From an uncultured delta proteobacterium (lineage in GTDB: Bacteria; Desulfobacterota; Binatia; Binatales; Binataceae), in assembly GCA_963765675.1 (NCBI GenBank), contig CAVXXK010000006.1, positions 384,001-448,000 on the forward strand: a stretch of DNA of 64,000 nt, given 5' to 3'. Under the pieces are notes generated by a model. That model worked only from the letters and a program-made list of their open reading frames with translations, did not search any database and was not told the DNA's origin. The position numbers were made by a program, and so were the translations under genes. Shown here piece after piece: positions 42,199 through 52,483 of this stretch (position 1 is the first letter of the stretch; each line of letters starts with the position of its first letter).

Positions 42199-42284
42199 CG
42201 CGCGAGCCTCGATTCGCGCATGATCGTGTCGTGCGCGGCGGTTCCACGTATGCTAAATTTTTTAGCGGGCTGTGAGGTGCGGTG

Positions 42285-43571
42285 ATGATCGAGATTCAAT
42301 GCACTAGCTGTCATACGCGATACAGAATCGACGAGCGAGTGCTGCCGGACGACACTCCGACTTTCAAGTGCTCGCGATGCGGCCACGTTTTCAACGCTGA
42401 TCCGGTCGCCGCGCGCCCGAAGAAAGCGGCGGTCCGCGATATCTCGAGCGCCGCACCGCGTCCACAACGCTTCGAGCGCGCGCCCTCCCCGCCTGTGCCT
42501 TCCGAGCCTGAGCCCGAACCAGACGCCGCGCCGGAGCAGGTCCGGCCTGCGCGCGCTGACGAAGGCGATGAACCGAAGGCGGACGAGCCCTCGACCGACG
42601 ATTTGATGAACCGCCCGTTCTCGCGCGAGCCTGACGAGCCGGACCCGGGCGAGAATCTCAAATTTGATTTCAGTGACGAAGGAAAAATCTCCGGTGAGGA
42701 GGAAGAGGCGCGCCGTGAACGCGAGAAGCATGAACGCGATGAGCGCCATGAGTTCGATCGGAACAGCGACGATTGGCAGGTCGGCGACACGCCCGAAGAT
42801 TTCGCGGCTGCCATGGCCGCGATACCTCCTGCTCCAATTGAAATGGCGCCTACGCCGCTGCCGCGCCTGGTCCCGCACGCCGACGAAGTTCCGTTCGCAC
42901 AGCCCCGATTCACTGCGGAGGCGAGCGGCGCGCGCACTTCGATTGTCGAGCGAGGTCTTATCTCCGACCGCCTGCCCGACGACGTTGCGTATATCGAATC
43001 GCGGGGCTCGACGCACTCCGCCGGTATGTTTATCGCGGGTTTCTTTCTGGTTGCGGTCGCCTTCGGCCTGGTCAGCATGGTGATTTGCGGAGAACCCGCC
43101 GCAAGCGCGCGGATGCTGACGCAGGTCCCGGGTTTTGGTGCGCGATTCACCCGCCCAATAGTCCCCGCAACCCTGGTTGCGCTGCGCGACGTGCGTGCGC
43201 AGTACCTGCCGATCAAGGGCGGCGCACATGCGCTGATGGTGAGCGGCACCGCGGAGAACGTCGGCAACGATCCGCTTCACGGCATTCTCATCGCGGTGGA
43301 TTTGCTCGACGGAGCGCAGCGCCAGATCGCGGGACAGGCGTCGTATTGCGGCAACGGCCTGTCCGAGAAAATGGTGGGAGAGATGACGCCGCGCGAAATC
43401 GAATTCCTGCAGCGCCTCGATCCGCAGAAAAATTTCGCGGTCGCCGCGGCGCACTCGGCGCCGTTCCTGATGGTCTTTATCGATCCGCCGCGGCAAACGG
43501 CCACGCTCAGGATCTCGGTGGCCAAGGCGGTTGCCTCAACGGTGCCCGCCGAACCCGCGCCGCGCACGTAA
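42285..43571 (+). CDS. Zinc-ribbon (MJ0042-type) membrane protein, DUF3426-like
   Basis: CTSC...FKCSRCGHVF, acidic Pro-rich linker, transmembrane helix, C-terminal beta domain. Confidence 0.8.
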   Translation: MIEIQCTSCHTRYRIDERVLPDDTPTFKCSRCGHVFNADPVAARPKKAAVRDISSAAPRPQRFERAPSPPVPSEPEPEPDAAPEQVRPARADEGDEPKADEPSTDDLMNRPFSREPDEPDPGENLKFDFSDEGKISGEEEEARREREKHERDERHEFDRNSDDWQVGDTPEDFAAAMAAIPPAPIEMAPTPLPRLVPHADEVPFAQPRFTAEASGARTSIVERGLISDRLPDDVAYIESRGSTHSAGMFIAGFFLVAVAFGLVSMVICGEPAASARMLTQVPGFGARFTRPIVPATLVALRDVRAQYLPIKGGAHALMVSGTAENVGNDPLHGILIAVDLLDGAQRQIAGQASYCGNGLSEKMVGEMTPREIEFLQRLDPQKNFAVAAAHSAPFLMVFIDPPRQTATLRISVAKAVASTVPAEPAPRT

Positions 43572-43574
43572 GCG

Positions 43575-43964
43575 CTATTCCTTTTCGCGCGCGACCAGCT
43601 CGGCGTATTCGTCGGCATCCATCAGGTCTTCGAGATCGGTCGGATCGCTCACCCGCACCTTGATCAGCCAGCCGTCGCCGTACGGATCTTCGTTGACCAC
43701 TTCCGGCGTGTCGGGCAAATCTTCGTTGACCTCGATCACCGTGCCGCTCACCGGCGCGTAAATGTCCGAGACCGCCTTGACCGACTCGACCACTCCGAAC
43801 GGATCATCCTTGCTGATCTTCTCGCCGACCGCTGGAAGCTCGATATAGACAATTTCGCCCAGTTGTTCCTGCGCGTGATCGGAAATGCCAACGGTCGCGA
43901 CGGAGTCCTCGGTCGTGACCCATTCGTGCTCTTTGGAAAATTTGAGTCCCTGTGGGATCTCCAT
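43575..43964 (-). CDS. gcvH: Glycine cleavage system H protein
   Basis: FSKEHEW, GISDHAQEQLG, VESVKAVSD (lipoyl Lys), NEDPYGDGW. Confidence 0.96.
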   Translation of the reverse strand: MEIPQGLKFSKEHEWVTTEDSVATVGISDHAQEQLGEIVYIELPAVGEKISKDDPFGVVESVKAVSDIYAPVSGTVIEVNEDLPDTPEVVNEDPYGDGWLIKVRVSDPTDLEDLMDADEYAELVAREKE

Positions 43965-44213
43965 GACTCCTCCCCGCTTCCGGGATCTCTCGCGCATGCC
44001 GCCCGCGGATTTTTGATTCGCTTGAGCCGCGCGATCCCTCCAATTCATCAAGCGCGGCGCAATTCCTCTTGTCAAGTTCCTAACTCATCCTGATCGCGCG
44101 CCCGATCTGATTGCAAGTCTTGACTGATGGGCGGCTCAAGTATCGCGATTCGTGTAACATGAGTGACCGAAAAAAAGGGCGCGGCCGAACGCGCCGGGCA
44201 AGGAGATGCCGCG

Positions 44214-45320
44214 ATGCTGATTGGCGTTCCGACCGAGATCAAATCCGACGAACGGCGGGTTTCACTAACCCCGGCCGGCGCCGCCGCGTTTCGCACGCAC
44301 GGTCATCGAGTCGTCGTGCAAAGCGGCGCGGGCATCGGCAGCGGTTTCAGCGACGGAGATTATCGCCGCGCGGGCGCCACGATCGTGAATGGCGCGGCGC
44401 AGGTGTGGTCGCGCGCCGCGATGGTGCTGAAGGTCAAGGAGCCGCAACCCTCTGAGTTCCACCTGATGCGCGCGGAGCAGATCCTGTTTACCTATCTCCA
44501 TCTCGCGCCCGATCGGCGGCTGACCGATGCGATGCTCTCGCGGCGTGTCACCGGAATCGGCTACGAAACCATCCAGCTCGAAGACGGAAGTCTGCCGCTG
44601 CTCGCGCCGATGAGCGAAGTCGCGGGCCGTCTTGCGATCCAATGCGGCTCGTGGTGCCTCCAATCACGCAACGGCGGACGCGGAGTCCTGCTGAGCGGCG
44701 CTCCGGGAGTCAGGCCGGGCAAAATAGTAGTGCTGGGCGGAGGAATCGCGGGCTTCAACGCCTGCCGGGTCGCGGCGGGGATAGGAGCCGAGGTGACGAT
44801 ACTCGACGTGAATCCCTCGCGCCTGCGCTACCTTAGCGATCTGCTCGCCGGCACGGCGACCACGGTGATGTCCAATCGCGCGTCGCTGCAGGAAGAAGTC
44901 TGTCAGGCGGATCTGGTGATTGGCGCGGTGCTGGTTGCCGGCGCGCGCACGCCGCGGCTGCTGTCTGCCGCTCTTGTCGCGAAGATGAAACCGGGCGCCG
45001 CGATCGTCGATCTGTCGATTGACCAGGGCGGGATTTCGGAGACCTCGCGTCCCACCACTCACGGCAAGCCGACCTTCATCAAGAACGGCGTCGTGCACTA
45101 CTGCGTAACCAACATGCCCGCGATGGTGCCGCATACATCCACTTATGCGCTCACCAACGCGACGCTGACCTATGCGCTGGATATCGCGGATCACGGACTG
45201 CTCGAGGCAGGACGCGCGAACCGAGCGATCCGCCACGGCCTCAATACCTACGACGGCTACGTAGCGCATCCTGCGGTAGCGCAAGCACTGCGGATGAAAT
45301 CCCACTCCCCTTGGGACTGA
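44214..45320 (+). CDS. ald: Alanine dehydrogenase
   Basis: IGVPTEIK..ERRV, KVKEP, FTYLHLA, PMSEVAGR, IDQGG.SETSRPTTH, YCVTNMP. Confidence 0.95.
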   Translation: MLIGVPTEIKSDERRVSLTPAGAAAFRTHGHRVVVQSGAGIGSGFSDGDYRRAGATIVNGAAQVWSRAAMVLKVKEPQPSEFHLMRAEQILFTYLHLAPDRRLTDAMLSRRVTGIGYETIQLEDGSLPLLAPMSEVAGRLAIQCGSWCLQSRNGGRGVLLSGAPGVRPGKIVVLGGGIAGFNACRVAAGIGAEVTILDVNPSRLRYLSDLLAGTATTVMSNRASLQEEVCQADLVIGAVLVAGARTPRLLSAALVAKMKPGAAIVDLSIDQGGISETSRPTTHGKPTFIKNGVVHYCVTNMPAMVPHTSTYALTNATLTYALDIADHGLLEAGRANRAIRHGLNTYDGYVAHPAVAQALRMKSHSPWD

Positions 45321-45345
45321 TAACTCGCTCCGCGTCCCTGTTTTT

Positions 45346-45379
45346 CACCTCGCCCTCAAAGGGAGAGGCCGGGTGAGGG
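45346..45379. repeat. CCCTCACCC/GGGAGAGG-type short palindrome (single copy in window)
   Basis: CCTCGCCC-TCAAA-GGGAGAGG hairpin followed by CCGGGTGAGGG, between convergent genes. Confidence 0.55.
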
Positions 45380-45455
45380 TCATTTTTCAGCGCAGCGCGA
45401 AAGCGACGTGCGATTCAAAGAAAGAAACTATGGTCGCGGGCACGCGGTCAGTAGT

Positions 45456-46268
45456 CTAGTACAACCCGTTGGCGCCGTTGCCGGAATTGTAACGCTGCTG
45501 TCCGGATTTTTGCTGGCCGTAGCTGCCGGTCTCGAAGCGTTTGACATTCTTCTCCAGATTCAAATCGCCGTGCAGATCGGCGACCGCCTGCTGCACGCCC
45601 TCCTGCGCGATCTCGTTGGCGCGGACCCATCGCCCCGAGGTCTGCACGAAGTTCACCAGGTTGAAAATATTCTGCGACAGCGCCTTCTGCGACTTCGCGA
45701 AGCGCGCGGTCCACACGACTTGCTTGCTCTTGGTATCGACGAATTTCAGCTCGAAGGTCACCGACGCCGGCTCCGCGGAGGCATACGCAAGCCCGACGCG
45801 CTCCTTGTAGCGCTCGACCTTGCCGTACAGTACGCCGTCGGCGGAAACCTGGTGCCCGAGTTCGAGCGCGTTCTGATCGAGATTGTCCACCGTCGTCGGC
45901 GGCATCTTCTGCATCGCCTGCGCGACGTCGTCTTGCGGGATCAATTCCCATCCTCCCGCGACTGCGACTTGGCTGTAGAGCTCCGCGGTAATTGAGTCGC
46001 CCGCTCCTGGAGCCAATGATTCGTCTCCCGGCGGAGGCGCGTCGATAATCGGCATGACCGCGATCTGGTTGATGGTGATCGTCTTGATCGAGCGCACCGC
46101 GTGGGTCGTCACGTCCTTGGGCGCCAGGTCGGAAACCGTCTGCTTGGCACCCTCGAAGGTATCGCTCGCTATCGGAACGCATCCGGATGCCGCGAAGGCC
46201 ATCGCCAGCCCCATCGCGAGGCCGGTCGCGATCGCTACCACTGTTCGGGCGATTCGGTTCGTCGTCAT
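45456..46268 (-). CDS. Putative lipoprotein (CsgG/TolB-N-like fold)
   Basis: Lipobox ASGC; IAVMP and ADGVLYGKV pattern; start overlaps the aspS stop. Confidence 0.65.
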   Translation of the reverse strand: MTTNRIARTVVAIATGLAMGLAMAFAASGCVPIASDTFEGAKQTVSDLAPKDVTTHAVRSIKTITINQIAVMPIIDAPPPGDESLAPGAGDSITAELYSQVAVAGGWELIPQDDVAQAMQKMPPTTVDNLDQNALELGHQVSADGVLYGKVERYKERVGLAYASAEPASVTFELKFVDTKSKQVVWTARFAKSQKALSQNIFNLVNFVQTSGRWVRANEIAQEGVQQAVADLHGDLNLEKNVKRFETGSYGQQKSGQQRYNSGNGANGLY

Positions 46269-48058
46269 GACGTCACCTTGATCGACAACTCGCGGAGCTG
46301 GCGCGGATCTACTTCCGAGGGTGCGCCGCTCATCGGATCTATCGCCTTCTGCGTCTTTGGAAACGCGATCACGTCGCGCAGCGAATCAGTTCCGCACAGC
46401 ATCATGCACAGCCGATCGACGCCGAACGCGCATCCACCGTGCGGCGGCGCTCCGTACCCCAGCGCTTCCATCAGAAAACCGAAACGATCCACCGCTTCTT
46501 CCCGCGTGAGTCCCAGCAACTCAAATACCTTAAGCTGAAGTTCACGGCTATGGATACGGATCGAACCTCCGCCCAACTCCTGCCCATTGAGGACCATGTC
46601 GTATGCGATCGCGCGCGCGCGCGTCGGTGCCGAGTCGAGCATCAGCAGGTCGTCGGGATGCGGCGCCGTGAACGGATGGTTTACCGAGACCAGGCGCTTA
46701 TCTTCTTCGCTGTACTCGAACAGCGGAAAATCGACGACCCACAAAAAATTGAGATCCTCCTTATTCGCGAGCGCAAACTTCGCCCCGAGCTGCAGGCGCA
46801 GATCGCCCAGAATCGGCCGAACCTTTTCCGGCGCGCCCGCCATCAAGAGCATCGTGTCGCCGGTTTTCAGATCCGCGACCGTGGCCGCGCTCGCGCGCTC
46901 GGCGCCAGTCAGAAATTTCGCGATAGGACCCTGCCAAGCAGCGTCCTGCACTTTGATCCACGCAAGTCCCATCGAGTAGCGAGTGCGGACGGCTTCCGTC
47001 ATCTCGTCGAGTTCGCGGCGGCTGAGCTGATTCGCTGCGGGCAGATTGATCGCGTACACCGCACCGCCCTGCGCTATCACTTCGGCGAAAACCTTGAACG
47101 AGGTCGCGGCGAACGCCGCGGTGAGGTTCTTTATCTCCAGTCCGAAACGCATGTCAGGTTTGTCGCTGCCGAAACGCTCCATCGTGTCCGCGTACGGGAT
47201 TCGGATAAACGGCGGCTTGATATCGATCTCGAGCACCCGCTGGTACGCTGCGGCGATCATCCCTTCTGCGATCGATTGCACGTCCTCAGGCCGCGGACAG
47301 GTCATCTCGAGATCGATCTGGCTGAACTCGGGCTGGCGATTCGCGCGCAAGTCCTCGTCCCGGAAGCATCGTGCGATCTGGTAGTAGCGATCGAGTCCGC
47401 CGATCATCAGAATCTGCTTCAGGATCTGCGGCGATTGCGGCAACGCATAAAATTTGCCGGGATTGACGCGGCTCGGCACCAGGTAGTCGCGCGCGCCTTC
47501 AGGCGTGGACTTGAAAAGAATCGGCGTCTCGACGTCGATAAAACCCTGGTCGTCGAGAAAATTGCGGATCGCCTGCAGCGCCTGATGCCGCCAGCGCAGA
47601 TTCCGTTGCATCGCGGGGCGCCGCAAATCGAGATAGCGATACTTGAGACGAGTCTCTTCGGCGGCGGTATCCTCGTCGCCGATCGGAAACGGCGGCGGCG
47701 GCGAGACGTTCATGATCTCGAACGTGCTGACCGCGATTTCGATCTCGCCGGTCGGCAATTCGGCGTTGATAGTGCTGTCGGAACGGCGCACCACGGTTCC
47801 ACGCACCGCGACGAAAAATTCGCTGCGCGCCTCCGCGCCCGTTGCGTGCGATTTCGCGTCGCGCTCGGGATTGAGCACGAGCTGCACCAGGCCCTCGCGG
47901 TCGCGAAGATCGATAAAGATTAGTCCGCCGTGGTCGCGGCGGGTTTGAACCCATCCGTAAAGCGCGACCTCGCGCCCGGTGTCTGCCGCGCGCAGCGTGC
48001 CGCAATAATCGGTGCGCGGCCACGGCGGCAGCGGTGAATATGTTTCTGCTTTGGGCAT
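46265..48058 (-). CDS. aspS: Aspartate--tRNA ligase (probably non-discriminating Asp/Asn type)
   Basis: RRDHGGLIFIDLRD, STPEGARDYLVPSR, ARCFRDEDLR, GAPPHGG, VIAFPKT. Confidence 0.97.
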   Translation of the reverse strand: MPKAETYSPLPPWPRTDYCGTLRAADTGREVALYGWVQTRRDHGGLIFIDLRDREGLVQLVLNPERDAKSHATGAEARSEFFVAVRGTVVRRSDSTINAELPTGEIEIAVSTFEIMNVSPPPPFPIGDEDTAAEETRLKYRYLDLRRPAMQRNLRWRHQALQAIRNFLDDQGFIDVETPILFKSTPEGARDYLVPSRVNPGKFYALPQSPQILKQILMIGGLDRYYQIARCFRDEDLRANRQPEFSQIDLEMTCPRPEDVQSIAEGMIAAAYQRVLEIDIKPPFIRIPYADTMERFGSDKPDMRFGLEIKNLTAAFAATSFKVFAEVIAQGGAVYAINLPAANQLSRRELDEMTEAVRTRYSMGLAWIKVQDAAWQGPIAKFLTGAERASAATVADLKTGDTMLLMAGAPEKVRPILGDLRLQLGAKFALANKEDLNFLWVVDFPLFEYSEEDKRLVSVNHPFTAPHPDDLLMLDSAPTRARAIAYDMVLNGQELGGGSIRIHSRELQLKVFELLGLTREEAVDRFGFLMEALGYGAPPHGGCAFGVDRLCMMLCGTDSLRDVIAFPKTQKAIDPMSGAPSEVDPRQLRELSIKVTS

Positions 48059-48120
48059 TGGCTCCGTAGCTCGGGAAAGTCTCCGCGCAGGATACCTGCG
48101 CCATCGAGCGCAAGGAATAG

Positions 48121-49371
48121 TCAGGATTTATTCGCGATCGCGTCCGCCAAGTCGGCCACCGCAACTTCACGCTGCTGGCCGGAACCGAGGTCTTTTAGCT
48201 GGACGACGCCACGCGCGAGTTCGTTGTCGCCGACGATCACGGCGAAGCGCGCGCCGATCTTCGCCGCTCGCGCGAGCAAAGGCTTGAGCTTGCGCTCAGG
48301 CGACCCCATCTCGATCCGAAGATTGTTCCGGCGCAGTTCTCGCACCATCGCGACCGCGCTTGCGAGCGCGTTTGCGCCCATCGCAATCACCATCGCATCC
48401 GGCTTCGCGGCCGGAACCAGCCCAGCGGCTTCGAGCGCGATCGCCATTCGATCGACGCCCATCCCGAAGCCGATTCCCGCGATCGCCGCGCCGCCCATCG
48501 CCTCAACCAGGCCGTCATAGCGTCCGCCGCCGATCACGGTGCTCTGCGCTCCCAATCCTTCAGCCATAAACTCGAACGCGGTGCGCGTGTAGTAGTCCAG
48601 TCCGCGCACCAGTCGCGGATTGATCGTCGTGTCGACGCCGGCCGCGGATGCAAGCGTGCGGACGGTGTCGAAGTGGACGCGGCAGTCGTCGCACAGGTAG
48701 TCGAGGCTCGACGGCGCCGAAGCGGCGAGCTTCACGTCGATCTTGCAATCGAGCAGGCGCAGCGGATTTCGATCGATTCGGTTGTGGCAATCGGCGCAAA
48801 GCTGGTCCAGATGCGCCCGGCCCCACTCGACGAGCGCTGCGCGAAATGCGGGACGGCAGGTCGCATCGCCGATCGAGTTGACCTCGCATCGCGTGGCGAT
48901 TCCGAGGCTCTTGCAGATCTCGTCGGCCATCACGAGCATCTCAGCGTCGCACGCGGGGTCAGTACGGCCGAAGACCTCGACGCCGAATTGATAGAACTGC
49001 CGGTAGCGTCCTTTTTGCGGGCGCTCGCGGCGGAACACCGGTCCCGAATAGAAGAAGCGCTGCTCGGGGTCGCTGCGGTCAAGCCCCGCTTCGATGTAAG
49101 CGCGGACGACGCCCGGCGTTCCCTCAGGACGGAGCGCGACGGCAGTCTCCGACTCGTCGCGATCGGTGAACGAGTACATCTGCTTCTCGACGACATCGGA
49201 GGTCTCGCCGGTTGAGCGCGCGAACAGATCGATCCGTTCGAGCGCGGGAATCCGAATTTCAGCGTAGCCGTAGCGCTGCGCGATCTCGCGCGCGCGATCC
49301 TCGGCGAGACTCATCGCGCGCGCATCGACGCCAAGCAGATCGCGAAATCCTCTGAGTCGTGTGAGTTCCAA
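48121..49371 (-). CDS. hisS: Histidine--tRNA ligase
   Basis: LRPEGT, FRRERPQKGRYRQFYQ, LVRGLDYY, GGGRYDGL. Confidence 0.97.
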   Translation of the reverse strand: MELTRLRGFRDLLGVDARAMSLAEDRAREIAQRYGYAEIRIPALERIDLFARSTGETSDVVEKQMYSFTDRDESETAVALRPEGTPGVVRAYIEAGLDRSDPEQRFFYSGPVFRRERPQKGRYRQFYQFGVEVFGRTDPACDAEMLVMADEICKSLGIATRCEVNSIGDATCRPAFRAALVEWGRAHLDQLCADCHNRIDRNPLRLLDCKIDVKLAASAPSSLDYLCDDCRVHFDTVRTLASAAGVDTTINPRLVRGLDYYTRTAFEFMAEGLGAQSTVIGGGRYDGLVEAMGGAAIAGIGFGMGVDRMAIALEAAGLVPAAKPDAMVIAMGANALASAVAMVRELRRNNLRIEMGSPERKLKPLLARAAKIGARFAVIVGDNELARGVVQLKDLGSGQQREVAVADLADAIANKS

Positions 49372-49407
49372 GTTATCTAATTCCTGAGTTCTTCAACCCT
49401 ATGGATA

Positions 49408-49435
49408 GGGACGGCCGGCGAGACGCCGGTCCCAC
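49408..49435. repeat. Short GC palindrome, REP-like or terminator-like
   Basis: CCGGCG-AGA-CGCCGG core within GGGAC...GTCCCAC; minus strand begins GTGGGACCGGCGTCTCGCCGG. Confidence 0.45.
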
Positions 49436-49444
49436 TGATTCAAA

Positions 49445-50329
49445 TCACGAATTTTTCCCGCGCATCGCGTCGCGGAGCTCGCGGTAGCCGATTAGCTTGA
49501 TTCCTTCGTCGGCGATCAGACGGCGCGCCTGCTCCGACGTGAAGAAGCGGAAGTCGGCCTCGCGTTGCTCCGGATCGTTGGCGCATCCGCGAAGCTCGGC
49601 GCGCGCGAGCGCCGGATGCGCGTACAGCTCCGAAATGCCCGGTCTGAGCGAGCGGATCGTGCTGGTCCAGAATTTCTCAGTCTCTTCGACCTTGCGCGGA
49701 GGATGCGCGACGAAATTATCGGGATAGAGAATCCCGTCGCGATCGAGACCCTCCAGAATCGCGTCGAAGCCCATCTTGTGCATGAAACGGCGCGGAGTCA
49801 TCCGGATCGGCAGCCGATAATCCCGCGCGAGCCGCCAGTAAATCTCGTGATAGTCGGCACGCAGATGCAGCGAACCCATGTGCGAGTCGATATGCGTCAC
49901 GTCGATCCCGGCGCCGAGCGCCCGGTCGATCTGCGCGCGCAATTCGCGCTCCGCCTCGTCCAGGCGGTCGTTCGCGTAGACCTGCGGAACGTCGGGCCAC
50001 AGGTAGCCGCGCTTGTCCGCGAGCGACGGAACCGCAGTGGCTCCCAGCACCGGGTCCCATTTGTAGGCCGGCCATTCGCTGGTGAGCGTCAGATGCACTC
50101 CCAAATCGGCGGCGGGATTCGCGCGCGCGAAGTCGGCGGCCTCTTCGAACCATGGACAAGTCGTCAGGATCGTCGAGGAGCTGAAGATCCCGGAGCCCAG
50201 CGCCTCGATCGTGGCTTCGTTTTCGTCGTGGCACATCCCGAAGTCGTCGGCATTGATGATCAGCAGGCGGGCGTCGCTTGGGTAGCCAAGCTTCTCAGCG
50301 GTGGATTTTTCCTGTGGCTGCTCGTCCAT
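49445..50329 (-). CDS. ChbG/YdjC family deacetylase
   Basis: LIINADDFG, GVHLTLTSEW, THIDSHMG, ELYAHP. Confidence 0.9.
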   Translation of the reverse strand: MDEQPQEKSTAEKLGYPSDARLLIINADDFGMCHDENEATIEALGSGIFSSSTILTTCPWFEEAADFARANPAADLGVHLTLTSEWPAYKWDPVLGATAVPSLADKRGYLWPDVPQVYANDRLDEAERELRAQIDRALGAGIDVTHIDSHMGSLHLRADYHEIYWRLARDYRLPIRMTPRRFMHKMGFDAILEGLDRDGILYPDNFVAHPPRKVEETEKFWTSTIRSLRPGISELYAHPALARAELRGCANDPEQREADFRFFTSEQARRLIADEGIKLIGYRELRDAMRGKNS

Positions 50330-50365
50330 GAATCGGTACCGTTTGAATCTAAACGTGCGCGGCAC

Positions 50366-50400
50366 AAAGAAAAAGGGCCGCCTTTTCGGGCGGCCCCTTT
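50366..50400 (-). terminator. Rho-independent terminator downstream of the thiolase
   Basis: Minus strand GGGCCGCC-loop-GGCGGCCC followed by TTTTTCTTT. Confidence 0.8.
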
Positions 50401-50426
50401 AAGGTGCCGTTTAAGGCTCGAGTCGA

Positions 50427-51587
50427 TTAAATGGTCAGAATATTTATCGTGCAGGCGGAGCCGAGTCCGATAACGTGGGCCTGACCAGCCTTCGCATTGG
50501 GGACCTGGCGATCCTTCGCGCGTTCATCCTGGGTGAGATGCCACACCACCTCGCAGATATTCGCGACGCCCGTCGCGCCGAGAGGATGCCCCTTCGAGAG
50601 CAATCCGCCCGAGACGTTGACCGGAGCGAAGCCACCGAGGCTCGGATGCACCCCGCCCTTCTTGTCGATAAACTCACCCGCCTCGCCGTCGCCGCACAGG
50701 CCGAGGTTCTCGTAATGCACGAGTTCCGCGGTCGCGAAGCAATCGTGCAGTTCGGTCAAAGCGATATCCTTGGGTCCGATTCCGGCCTTCTCGTACGCGA
50801 GCTTCGAGGCTTTGCGCGTGAGCGTGCTCACGTCGGGCAGCGTCAGGTCGCGATCGGTATAAGGATCGGAGGTGAGCACCGAGGCCGCGATCTTCGGCCG
50901 CTTGCGTCCACCGGCGAGCTGCTTGAGCTTGTCTTCGGAGACCAGGATCGCAGCCGCGGCGCCGTCACCGGTCGGGCAACACATATAAAGGGTGTTGGGG
51001 AATCCGACCATGCGGGCGTTCATCACGTCTTCGAGCGTGACTTCGTTGCGATACTGCGAGAACGGATTCTTGGTCGCATGTTTGTGCGACTTCACCGAAA
51101 TCTTTGCGAAGTGTTCGAGCTTGGTGCCGTACTTGCGCATATGCTCGATTCCCGCCTGTCCGAACACCGCCGGCATCAGGCCCGAGCCGAGCTTACCCTC
51201 AGTCGCGTAGGCCGGGTCGCCGCCGCCCGCTCCGCCGAGCAGGCCCTGCTTACCCATCTGCTCGACGCCGACGGCCATCGTCACGTCGTACATACCCGAG
51301 GCAACCGCCATGTAGGCCTCGCGGAACGCCGTCGAGCCGGTAGCGCATGCGTTCGCGACGTTGATCACCGGAATTCCGGTCTGGCCGATCTGCTGCAGGA
51401 TCCGTTGTCCAACCATCGCGTTGGACTGGTAAAGATTTCCGCAGGCGAACATCTCGACGTCCTTGATCGCGACGCCGGCGTCCTTCATTGCAATCAACGC
51501 GGCCTCGCCGCCAAGCTCGGGAACAGTCTTCTCCGGGTAACGGCCGAACTTGATCATCCCGGTTCCAAGTACATAAACGTTTCTCAT
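50427..51587 (-). CDS. SCP-x / non-specific lipid-transfer-type thiolase
   Basis: NVANACATGS, CCPTGDGAAA, ELHDCF, NVSGGLLSKGHPLGATG. Confidence 0.92.
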   Translation of the reverse strand: MRNVYVLGTGMIKFGRYPEKTVPELGGEAALIAMKDAGVAIKDVEMFACGNLYQSNAMVGQRILQQIGQTGIPVINVANACATGSTAFREAYMAVASGMYDVTMAVGVEQMGKQGLLGGAGGGDPAYATEGKLGSGLMPAVFGQAGIEHMRKYGTKLEHFAKISVKSHKHATKNPFSQYRNEVTLEDVMNARMVGFPNTLYMCCPTGDGAAAAILVSEDKLKQLAGGRKRPKIAASVLTSDPYTDRDLTLPDVSTLTRKASKLAYEKAGIGPKDIALTELHDCFATAELVHYENLGLCGDGEAGEFIDKKGGVHPSLGGFAPVNVSGGLLSKGHPLGATGVANICEVVWHLTQDERAKDRQVPNAKAGQAHVIGLGSACTINILTI

Positions 51588-51667
51588 TTCAAACCCTCCT
51601 GGCGGCCCGGCGCTGGGTCAGGTCCGTCGATTATTCGGGAAGCGCGTCTGATTAGGGCCGCGCGCCT

Positions 51668-52109
51668 CTACTTACTGGGCTTATACTGGAACGCGACGAC
51701 ATCGTGTCCTTCGCGATCCTTCGATACCACCGAGGTTACCAGTTCGACCGGCATATTGAATACCTTGCCGGGATCCTTCTGCGCTTCGAGCGGATCGACT
51801 CCAATCAGGTTCGAGCGCACGCTCACGCCGTCGGGCAGATCGACAATCGCCGTGACATACGGCGTCTTGATTCCGGGGAACGACTGGTGCACGACGGAAA
51901 AGACGTAAACCTTGCCCTTGTTGGACAGCGGAACGGGCTTCATCGCGCCTGCGGTTCCGCACTTCGAGCACGCAACGCGTTTAGGGATCGAGAAAGATCG
52001 CGCCGCAGGAGCATTTCTGTCCTTCCAGATGCGGCGTCGCTCCGAGCTTCAAGAATGAAACGATCGGGCGCGGTCCCGTATCAGTAGCCGCTTGGGCCTG
52101 TTCAGCCAT
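51668..52109 (-). CDS. DUF35 zinc-ribbon/OB-fold thiolase partner (frameshift ~51985)
   Basis: With one base removed it reads LEGQKCSCG...RVACSKCG...GKVYVFSVVH...PYVTAIVDLPDG. Confidence 0.85.
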
Positions 52110-52483
52110 TGGGTTCCTCCGAGATTATCTTTAGGTAGTAAAAGTAACGATGAATGCCTGACGATCAAGGTTTTCTGGCAGCAAAAATAACAAAGCGCCG
52201 CCGCGATCCGGGGGCGCAATCTGTCCGTACCGTCTCAGCGCGGAGTTTCCCATAGCGCCGGAAATTCGTCAACCCGTGCCAAATCGACTGCCCAAATGGC
52301 TGAGATTGGCTCGATAGCGGGATCAGGCGCTGAAAAATCTTGTTTCTTTGCCACTTTCTTACTTCTTCTTCATAGCTTTTTCCTCTCGTGCCTGAGTAAA
52401 TGACTCGCTGACGAATTTTTCCAGCGCGAGCACGCTGGGCAGGGGGGTAAGACTGGCGCTCAAGGGCGCCGTCTTAAAAGAAA

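Noticed and set aside
50427-52109. Thiolase plus DUF35 pair as a novel system
   Set aside because: This is a well-documented pairing.
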